64,000 nucleotides of DNA from IMG/VR virus record IMGVR_UViG_3300023184_000029, positions 122,543-186,542 of that record. One strand, given 5' to 3'. The translations under genes were made by a program, and so were the position numbers. The notes under the pieces are model-generated. The model was given only the letters and a program-made list of their open reading frames with translations. It searched no databases and was not told where the DNA came from. Shown piece after piece: positions 10,701-17,900 of the stretch; the first letter of the stretch is position 1, and each line of letters starts with the position of its first letter. Source of the stretch: a virus.

Positions 10701-13700
10701 CTCAATTACAAGAATCTGGTATACAAAGCAATCCTTTTATTGATCAAGTACTAGGCTCTTTAAGAAATCCAGAAGCTGATCCTGAGATGAAAGCTGCTAC
10801 AGATACTTATCGAGAAGCAATTACAACACAATCAGAGGCTAATATTCAGTTGGCTAAAATTAATACTGATTTGGCCGGGAATATCGCAAGGAGTACGGCA
10901 GACGCTGTAGCTGCTGCTATAAAAAATACTCCTCTTAATTTTAGTCAGATGCAAACTTCTGATGAACAAAAGGGTATAAATAAAGTACCAACAATGGCTA
11001 CGGGAGGAGTAGTATATAAATCAGTTGGGGGGAATATTTTTCAACCAAAAGGAACAGATACTGTACCAGCAATGTTGACTCCTGGAGAATTTGTTGTTAA
11101 TAGGAGTGCTACTCAAAGAAATCTGCCATTACTGAAGAGTATCAATAGCTATAGTTCAGGAGGAGCTGTCAAATATTATGCTTCTGGAGGCATGGTTGAT
11201 GTTAGAGATTCTGGGTCTGGGGCTTCAGCCGGAAAAAGTATCCTATCCGAATCAGCGACTGCTACTGATGACGTACGACTAACCAAAGAAGAATATCCTG
11301 TTTTATCAGAGAATTTAGTTAAAAATATTCTAACCAAAACAGATGAGGTTTCTCGTTTATACGGTACTCCAGCAACTGTTTATGGATCATATAATACTGA
11401 CCAAGATTTTACAGGACCTATTATTGCTAAATTAGACAAAGAAGCATTTAAAGCCAAAACTGATGGTCTGGGCATTAATGAGATTAGAAGATATCTAAAG
11501 ACTTTTAATACCTCTTTTGATCTAACACCGGACAATTGGGAGTTAGGAGCATCTAATCCTATTGGTATCGGTATTGATAGAGAAGAAAAAAAAGGATACC
11601 TTTGGGGAACCGTTATGGAGGGAAGTAATCTGCCAACATTTGAAAAATATAATACTACAGGCGTTGGTATGAGCAGAGAAGAAGAATTAGCTAATATTTT
11701 ATTACCTTATCAGGCAATACAGACTAATGCATTAGAAACTCATAGTAAAAAGTATAGAATAAGTAATAATACCACAGGGGGTAAAGATTTTAAAAACTAT
11801 AAGATTGAGGATCCAGATAGCTCATTTCTATCTAAACAAACACAGCTTGATCTATTGAATACTTTAGTAACTAAATTGGCCGGCTCTACGATAAATAATG
11901 ACGATACACTTGGTAAAAAAATACTTTCAGCAGAAGACAAATACACAGGGGATAGAGAATATAAAAACGGCAATAAACAGTCTCTGGACAAAATACTAGA
12001 AAGATCACTATTTATTACAACCAAACCAGTAAAAGATAAATATTATAATGCACAATGGACAAACGCCAAGCCTCAAGGATTAGTTACCGGTAATGGTAAT
12101 GCTTTAACAACTGTTCAAAAAACTACCTCTTTCATGGGAACGAATCTAAAAGGTAGAAAACAATTAGGAGCAGCTAATACAGACGTTTTGCGCCCTGGTG
12201 TTCTTGAGAACACAGCAAAAGGTACTGATGTTGAGAGTAAACAAAAATATATAAAGGAAAGATTAAAATATTTCGAAGAGTTAAAAAATCAATATGAAAA
12301 TATTAATAATTTTACTATTATTAATAGCAGTAAAGCTTCTAATAATAAAATGAATACTTTATTAGAATCATTGTACGATGATAATTTGAGCGGTCTCTTT
12401 GTTTCTATTCCTAAAAATCAATTATCATCAAGCTGGGGAGATTACGGGAAAATTACTGATTTTGCTTATATATATAGAAAACAATTTAATGATAAATGGA
12501 ATAGAATTGTTAATTCTTATAAAGATAATAAAGATCATGTATTTTCTAGCGATAGTAATAAACTAAACATAGTTAAGGATAGTACTGCGCAGTCTTTTAA
12601 TTGGAGTAATAAGCCAATAGATCTTGATCGTATCAAAGATATTGTATCTGATATAGAAGAAAAAAACAAGAAAAGAGAAAGTCTTTTTCAATTGGATGAA
12701 GCAGCAACATCTCATGCTTTCGAAGTAGCTATAGGATCAGAAAAATATGAAGGCAAATTTAATACTCAAAAAATAAAGATACCCAAGTTAACAGAAGAAA
12801 AAGGATATATTCCACCAACAGATGAATTTCTAGATGGATTCTTATTATCCTCATCCAAAGAAGCTCCTCTACTAAATCCATTTTTAGAGGCTAAACAGCA
12901 ACTATTTACATCACAAGACCCCGCATTAATAGCACAGTTATTATCAGGATCCTATAATACAAAAGAACCTTTAAAATTAGATAATATAGACTTAGTAAGA
13001 CTTCTTACACAAGAAGAAGGAATACAGGGAGGTATAGATGCATTAGATATAGATAAAGCATATACGTTAATTCCCGATCCCAAACCAGAGATTTTCTTAT
13101 TCCAGCAATTAGAAGATGCCAAAAATAGAATGATGGAACAGAGAGGAGAAACAACACTCCAGCCTTCTGCTAAACTTGCTACCAGTGTGGATAGAAAAGG
13201 AAAAAAAGCAAAAGCTTCATGGCTTAGAAAATCTTATCTTGATTATGCCAATGAAGCAATTAAAAATATTATTCTACCATCTATAGGAGTATTCAAAAAA
13301 TTTATTCCTAATTTTGGTTTAACTAAACTTGATAGTTCTAATCAATTTAAATCATACTCAGAAGGTTTAAATAAACTACAAACAGAATTTGGAAAAAGAA
13401 TAACCAATAATAAAGGAGATTTTCTTAATGATCAGCTAGGATCAGCTTGGGGAAATGTTGGGGCAGTATCGAAATTTATTGGAGCCCTATCCCTATCAGA
13501 TCCTTCCAAAGAACTAGGATCTATATTAGGGGCTGGAGAATTTGATTTAGAAAAAGTGAAAAATGTCACACCACTTTTTGAAAAAATTAAATCCTATGGT
13601 CAAATACTAAAAGGTGCCGGAAAAAGTAAAATAGCTGCAGAAATGATTTTAGCAGAGACTAATGAGAAAGGGGTGGCTACGGATAAGAAAATTCCAGAAG

Positions 13701-14833
13701 CAGAACAGCAAGCAGTAGATAGGGCTATTAGAGATACTGTTGGCACTGGTGAAACAGCCACCGTTGATAATAAAACCGGCATTATAACATATAAAAAATT
13801 AACAGATAAAGATACTCCTAAAAGCATAAGAGAGCTAGGAGCACTATCTCTAAATCCCTATAGCTTTTTCCCCGCACAAGCTAGACAAAGTCTTATAGAT
13901 CAATTATTATCATTTTTCCCTGCCGATAATAAAAATAAAAATTTAGATAAAGTCAAAACTGATATAACTGCACTTAAAACTTGGTATCGCTCTCAAGATT
14001 CATATTTATCATCAAAAGATCCTACAGCAGATGATAGTAAATATCTTGATGATAATTATAATACGGCTAATACAAGCTTACAAAATTTAACCGCTGGATT
14101 TTTTGGACTCTTACCAAGTCGTATTAAATTAGACGAGATGAAAAAAGCTAAAGAGAGCAGGGATCAAAAGGCGCCAGAATTTCAGAAACCACAGACCAGA
14201 GCTAATGGTGGTCTTATTTATGCTAGTAATGGAACACTTGTAAACTTTGCTCCTCGTGGTACTGATACCGTTCCTGCTATGTTAACCCCTGGAGAGTTTG
14301 TTGTTAATAGACGAGCTACTCAGAATAATCTTCCATTATTAAAAAGTATTAATAGTGGTAATTATAGTACAGGAGGAGTAGTTGTTCAGCCGAAGTACTT
14401 TGATAGAGGAGGACTAAACATAGGGAATGCTGTATCTGCTGGTATATCTAGCCTACTAGGATTAGATTCTGTTTCTTCTACAATCCTAGGCTCTTTTAGT
14501 AAGAGTTTTAGTCGAAATGTAAAATCATTATCAACTATTAAATTTGATTTTGGACAAAAGGTAATGGGGGACTTTGTTTCTAGCTTAAATTCATTAACTA
14601 AACAATTATCTTCTATAGATATTCCTCCCACTATTAATATTAGTGCTACTCATGAAGTAAATATTAATCTTAAAGAAGGAGCTAGTATATTACAAAGTAT
14701 TGAGCAGACTATAGCGTCTAGCGTAGTAGCAGAAGTTGGTAAACAGATAGACGAATTAAGAAAAGTGATAACAAAAAATAACGACGGGGCCTTGGAGTTA
14801 GGAAGTCCTTCCAAACCAGCAGGCAAACCATAA
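1724..14833 (+). CDS. Giant tape measure protein (TP901-like N-terminal core) with inserted cargo domains
   Basis: The N-terminus shows the TMP pattern (VDYNQELVKLQQVTGGSAESLKGLEKEITGLSTNLGVSSGEL...AQAGLS...). It has Ala/Gly-rich helical stretches, Gly-zipper/TM-like segments near 7850-7950 and 8500-8720, and the TMP-associated GTDTVPAMLTPGEFVV motif twice. Confidence 0.92.
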   Translation: MSSAFNLTAQLNLRGPSNIGNIVSNIRRQLGTINSTVNLTVNPNAVTGVGRLNASLVTLNTTLAQTQTSANAAASAIANFAQAFNTNAVGRTTQQLNAAVNTTNNLSRATSNTSRQIQMAHSEMAEFGRQSYLAIRRFAAFSIVTGGVFALTNAIKGGISAYVDYNQELVKLQQVTGGSAESLKGLEKEITGLSTNLGVSSGELTKISSTLAQAGLSARDTERALKALALSSLAPSFDDMNRTVEGSIALMRQFDISAKDLEASLGSINSVAAKFAVESSDIIAAIQRTGGVFAAASRGVSEGKQALNEFIAVFTSVRATTRESAETIATGLRTIFTRIQRGSTIEALKEFNVNLTDAQGKFVGAYKAIELLSKGLSSIDPRDLKFSQIVEELGGFRQIGKVIPLIQQFGTAQEALAVAQQGQGSLAEDSIKAQLSLANQISKVREEFLALFRDIGGSDSFQLLTKGALGLASGLIKLADGAKGVLPVLGMLLAFKGAQAATQFGLGFVGAMRQGSTGRRRASGGPINRYAAGGPVDVDVALMPGETVVYPDAVSRIGVSRLRQLNHADKNGIAGKRRGGRVSKFSKGGYAEVPGSGRTDSFYTQLPEGSFVIRTDATRSLGGPDGVMDAARNHAFGGDVQKFENGSWREVRAQVRSGRGRPSKTKSTVGQAVEKIESTTYDRKGRFKTDFPFIIRGLNRKGTKQKINEEAILKGYLNQGVNDLSKAIVDKTQGNITIPTGNINIQNKESIYGGLFETALLKISGRSKDKKDNNQAFDFPRGIGSALSPIFSGMPPDISTDVKRTAAANAALKSNIANKIANDMASNRLPQKPTPVGVVSLSPMDSAIVSKISGVEVDRLLKTKLKIKEQKNKKKRNAKRRADRYYDNALENAINMMPYAIGGIVQKFGVGGEAEPVRRTVGIIDSDSWKGDSPDIAAAMKELGITKPDEYKAYMSNLAAQKRQSNGVRKLRVATAVAAAGKTRIAFGGARGQEADNATLRKTTRTQIRVPSDFDKLGPTDDIVDTTSVVTPRNLGALRAADRIRVISTRSKESQEKVVENRDTRDILGASGQVDPTGTNFGQYDREAKSVSKAPKNSGPMEALLAATEVSGIDPKKIVTTDLATGKRISPPKVRTPDKMGVMTGNFGPTTPAHVEMAKIGAKQAGIKRENVVAMVANDVPIDPFNRDPEAERTAYLPQKSKTGPSRYGMAQAVFGAEGFSVHAMERGSSPNSMPYAFQTGEDTDTYIVPSDKTKKFEIGGSDKPETSRYPGYDPIRVSRTSGPTAGISATLAREAINSGNISEIQKYLTPAGLKYIEPHLSLLRERPKLLDSILDRLQKGKGATASKYLATLEELKTLPARKTKTTPPEVVAKMEAKREERERYKKKLFGLPSRMLRRLESRQARAIGGLVQKFGRGTDKPIKSFNEMGKSELLKQAEKLGVFVPIDFRRLLDSRAIGSEEIRAKVIKELEDQRTIIKAAQEKTSTRAKKRKIGVVGLTGESSSTELTTPGLKSKKGGRGLTGVPATLETGSLPSDLSKQVQAIIRNQSERIAARVGRLIATRAGSSPVTDKKQIRAIVSKQLDNISGLLFESGLAVAGAPYDPTEKTGPDFSRGLGKKLGALFGVDPKAMTDATNQAVKDVAKAKVTKGTFDRGRRNAIRTKRLARNFGGMIQTFEIGGQPSLSRSSKDKRFDPKKLAAFLGAQTPTSNKAKDLAERLKDSSSSAISKPNYEELLKGLKGYAKGGEIPIVAQEGEYVINRTSANQIGRHNLDKLNIGGRVGLDNLPKYHTGGIVRYNKGGSVQKLAVGGEIDNALSGMSNKDTIRLRASIQKNSQAFEQLAKLVSGWKVEDVGMAMKRLDRSLEKGVSQADALAQSVVAGTTSAARQPSKARGPNILGGTPDTRNAGTVGRTGDFKQITGLSNSKGQPLKVNGPGDVQATLDRIAPKITARFNRLGFTTEATEKALLVFNTQVRQTGDANQAFRAAVQSGKDSMTMVGRTGVGATVSGMTREKGSTTPEQRLARKKQNRADDRFGMFQGATIGGWAGFAAGGAIGGLAGAPLGGVIGAVGGAVAGSERGNRIRSMQYEAGADKLKARASNMAQGGSSGSATLALLNKAMSPLVYKAAQVSSGMSKLHLGAAQLSSSLNKGASAVVSWGSGIKNSQGPMDGFKKTVGGVGSLLKNSFSSLAKGADAAVGKLMGLKKVDIGGGKQGWRSAAATMGADGVTRDASGRRARGFGGGGGGGRGGRGGGGGMGGGMGMYGLSMGIPMAAQMFGTQEAQTETQASNNAFVEQSSNAVGGALAMATMGGPIGIIAGLGTAAAGIATAFVTAENAVNEFGKNKAAKQMEQSSEKISNILTEISNAGAATPAALEQLKTALDSSTSAALTFAEKSGTKKGSFVQDIVGNSNLGALLGSLEGATDNNDAQGAINRSQILDKKGIFAYLASAGDKDTELSNIRDLIPDMANDISKSFAIPADNIKKAFEQRTRSGESSASITSSPEFAKQAEILARSNPEAEKQLQLIQADTRLSEQDKRARRENIIAAYGNAAAMKAIKTTETQMAIEALGKSARNFSFSLKRMFNNMDIAIAASSNSLQSLSEKLELSAASAGGNAKVGKSSEIQSMIDVLKNPRGYSDTQRSTAMKGASSVFGPQSGNMEKMLNLGANIEDTLMSTINSTLQANSGANNEEVGAKVESAVKDKLKSLNFPPDLANKLTGQVQAAVSKMRTRGDEKLDFSKLMEEIGPLANSIESLKGASDSAIRALEFIKNSFDQLSDATNQITDIQVQNNSRLRNAQNILVTGTRNLDRALGKDIKLSDTKTDFNNQTRSFTGGATDPSAIRRNIQNLETQRNQQQTGLDQAKASTDMGGVLAFSDGLVKTNSAIRENVAALEQLAQNGDLASAALDQVSKIQAKQAAGVSIVERLVTSTPGELNNLNQAFNRLTNNMQGKANFGTSADQRKESLDVLNMIMPFLGDKQGGVKANILQSQLQESGIQSNPFIDQVLGSLRNPEADPEMKAATDTYREAITTQSEANIQLAKINTDLAGNIARSTADAVAAAIKNTPLNFSQMQTSDEQKGINKVPTMATGGVVYKSVGGNIFQPKGTDTVPAMLTPGEFVVNRSATQRNLPLLKSINSYSSGGAVKYYASGGMVDVRDSGSGASAGKSILSESATATDDVRLTKEEYPVLSENLVKNILTKTDEVSRLYGTPATVYGSYNTDQDFTGPIIAKLDKEAFKAKTDGLGINEIRRYLKTFNTSFDLTPDNWELGASNPIGIGIDREEKKGYLWGTVMEGSNLPTFEKYNTTGVGMSREEELANILLPYQAIQTNALETHSKKYRISNNTTGGKDFKNYKIEDPDSSFLSKQTQLDLLNTLVTKLAGSTINNDDTLGKKILSAEDKYTGDREYKNGNKQSLDKILERSLFITTKPVKDKYYNAQWTNAKPQGLVTGNGNALTTVQKTTSFMGTNLKGRKQLGAANTDVLRPGVLENTAKGTDVESKQKYIKERLKYFEELKNQYENINNFTIINSSKASNNKMNTLLESLYDDNLSGLFVSIPKNQLSSSWGDYGKITDFAYIYRKQFNDKWNRIVNSYKDNKDHVFSSDSNKLNIVKDSTAQSFNWSNKPIDLDRIKDIVSDIEEKNKKRESLFQLDEAATSHAFEVAIGSEKYEGKFNTQKIKIPKLTEEKGYIPPTDEFLDGFLLSSSKEAPLLNPFLEAKQQLFTSQDPALIAQLLSGSYNTKEPLKLDNIDLVRLLTQEEGIQGGIDALDIDKAYTLIPDPKPEIFLFQQLEDAKNRMMEQRGETTLQPSAKLATSVDRKGKKAKASWLRKSYLDYANEAIKNIILPSIGVFKKFIPNFGLTKLDSSNQFKSYSEGLNKLQTEFGKRITNNKGDFLNDQLGSAWGNVGAVSKFIGALSLSDPSKELGSILGAGEFDLEKVKNVTPLFEKIKSYGQILKGAGKSKIAAEMILAETNEKGVATDKKIPEAEQQAVDRAIRDTVGTGETATVDNKTGIITYKKLTDKDTPKSIRELGALSLNPYSFFPAQARQSLIDQLLSFFPADNKNKNLDKVKTDITALKTWYRSQDSYLSSKDPTADDSKYLDDNYNTANTSLQNLTAGFFGLLPSRIKLDEMKKAKESRDQKAPEFQKPQTRANGGLIYASNGTLVNFAPRGTDTVPAMLTPGEFVVNRRATQNNLPLLKSINSGNYSTGGVVVQPKYFDRGGLNIGNAVSAGISSLLGLDSVSSTILGSFSKSFSRNVKSLSTIKFDFGQKVMGDFVSSLNSLTKQLSSIDIPPTINISATHEVNINLKEGASILQSIEQTIASSVVAEVGKQIDELRKVITKNNDGALELGSPSKPAGKP

Positions 14834-14890
14834 ACCTATATTTGGCCAGTAAATCAATATGACACAATCAATCCAAACTAAATTTTTAAA

Positions 14891-14898
14891 GGTGTATA
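14891..14898 (+). promoter_or_regulatory. Candidate late-promoter motif GGTGTATA
   Basis: Lies in the intergenic gap 36 nt before the ATG at 14927. The same 8-mer lies 41 nt before the ATG at 21669. Confidence 0.35.
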
Positions 14899-14926
14899 AA
14901 CTTACATATTCTTTCAAGGAAAACCC

Positions 14927-17900
14927 ATGATTAATTCACCAATATATATATTTGATAATATCGGTTCATATTTTTCTTATCAAAATGATAAGTTTTTAAT
15001 AGGCTCTTCCCTTCCTGGTTATAAGTCTTTAAATATTGACCATATTAATGCTCATATCCCATATCTGGTTCGTAACGTTAATAATAGCAAAGTATTGTGG
15101 GAGATTGGTATAGGCAAGGTTGTTGTAGTAAATTCTTCTATATGTGTTGAAAGAGTACAGGTTGTAAAATCTTCTAATAATGATCAACTTGTTGATTTTT
15201 CAGCTGGCGGAACCAAAAGTTTCTACATATTCGCAAACGAATATAATTTTAATACGGGTTTTAATAATGTAATATTAAAAAATAATAATTTCATTGCTGA
15301 TTCTGTTCGATGTGTTTATATTGTAGATACTAGTGACAATGCTTCAGAAGCCTCATTACCAGATCCTTCAAAGTGTGCTGGATTAGAACTTAAATTCAAA
15401 ACAGTTGGTTCTGGATCTAATGACTTAATCATTAAAAAATCTAATAATGAAATTCTTACAACATTAACAGGTAGCGATAAATTTACACAAGTTATTTCTA
15501 CTGGCACAGATTGGGTAGAACTTAAAGACCAAATAGACGCACCAAACATAAAAGCTATGGGACTTTCAGACGGGTCATACACAATATCCAGTGTAGAAGG
15601 AGCAGGAGACGACCGCTCATTACAATTTAATAATGATGGAACCATAGATGGTACAGATGTATATTGGTCCAGTAACGGACAACTACTATTTGGATCATCA
15701 TCGTCATCATCTGCACACTCTATTATACCATCATCTGGCAATTCCCCAACAATAATAAATAATGATGGTACAAATTCTAACTTTTTAGTTAAGGGCTCAG
15801 GACTTAATAATAGTTTATTTTTCACATATGATGGTAAACTTGGTCTTAATATTCCTTCTGGCGCCACACCTCAAACGGTTCTGCATCTAATTAATAATAA
15901 TTGTAAAGAGGGTATAAGATTAGAAAATAGAAGTTCTTGCTATCCTGCTAATATAACTCTATATCATAAACCAGCATCTTCTATCGACGCCAACTCGGTT
16001 GTTTCATCACTTTCTCTTGCTGCTAAAAATAATTTGGGAAATAAAGTAGAATATGGAAAATTACAATCTAAAGCCCTGGTTTTAACAGAAGGTTCTACGA
16101 AAGGACAAATTGAATTATTAGTGGATAGCTCAGGATCCGGAGTTTCTGTATTACAAGCAAATCCTAATGCCGTAACTGTTGGATATACTAGTGGCAATGC
16201 TCTAGTAATTAATAATCAAGGAGCTAGTGTTTTAGGATACTCTAATAATAATATTACCGTAACTAATAATGCTATCAATATTAATACTAATAATATTAGC
16301 ATGACCGGAATTTTCAATGCTACTAAAATTAATATAGGTTCAGGCTCTATCTCTACACTTTCATTACCAAATATTTCTCCTAATAAATTATTGATGGTAA
16401 ATTCTTCAGGAGTTTTGACCACAAATGATTCTTCTTTTAGTATAGCGTCTATTCCTTCTGGTAGAATATTAACAACAAGCGCTAGCGGAGTAATAGTTGG
16501 TTCATTAACTCCGGAACAGTTTTTTATTACTGAAAAATCACTATCATGGAATCAGTATCCCGCAAGAACAGCAAATGTCTGTTTGAAACAAATAGCCCCC
16601 ATAGACCCTATTCCTGTAAAAGAATTTGCTATAGGAGATCAAGTTGCTATAGAAACAGATACTGATGTTTTTTATAGAATAGTAAAAGATATCGAAATAG
16701 AAAATAATAATATTATTTCAATTTTAGTAGATAGCAATATCACAGTAAATACTGTAGCAAATGTTAAGGTATATTCTATAACTCAGGGCGGGTATCTTAA
16801 AAATACCAGATATGTTAAAAGCGGCAATGTTTCAGATTCAACAGCAAATATTCTGAGCATCAGACCCCAAACAGATACGGTATTTAATAATCTGCATAAA
16901 GATATTAATTTTCTAGTTTATGGAATAGATAATATTCCAGCTCTAGAGGTATTTGCAAATATTAATCAGTCATCATCTTCTAAGGGAGTATATACATCCT
17001 ATAATCCTAGCACCACAGGAGTATTAAGGATTGTTGGGGATGATATTACAAAAAGTTATTATGGAACATATGATCAGGGAGATAATGTTTCTGAATGGAT
17101 AGAGAATGATAAAATATACTCTACTGATAATATAGAATATGTAGCTGGTGGTTCTTGGAATTCCACTAATGCTAATGAGTATAAGAGTATCAGAGCCTTC
17201 CCAAATAATACAGAAAATAATAAGATAGGATTTAGAGTTCGTAATAATCTAGACGCTGCTGGTAGCGCATATATATCCAATTTACTAGATCTTAAATTTG
17301 TATCAGTAGACGATATGAATAATCCTGAGGATACATCAGGACTATATGATTATACATCCTCTCCCGAACTATTAACTATTCCTAATCTTGGCTCTGTTCC
17401 TTATAGTTTCGGCATGACCGAATCAGAAATAACTAATAATCAATATTGTAAATTTTTAAATTCTGTTGCTTTGTCTGGGGATCCATACTCTTTATATAAC
17501 TCCAATATGGCTTCGTCTGGTTTATTAGGAGGTATAGCAAGATCTGGCTCTGGCCCATATAGCTACTCTACAGTATCAGGAATGGTATACAAGCCGGTTG
17601 TATATGTAGATTATTTGTCTGCTCTAAGATTTATCAATTGGATAGACCAAGGCGCTCCGTCCGGATCCTCATATGATCCAGATTTATTAAATGACGGGGC
17701 ATATACTATATCTGTTGAGGACTCATCCGTTCAAAAGAAAAGATTTCAAAAATATGGACTTCCATCTTTGAATGAATGGTATAAGTCTGCTTATTATCAG
17801 CCTGTTGAAACTATTCCTTCAGTAGGCCACTCTGCAGTAACAGTTAAAAGAAACCTACCTTATTCTTTATCTAGCGGCAACTATGCTTCTTTAAGCGTAA

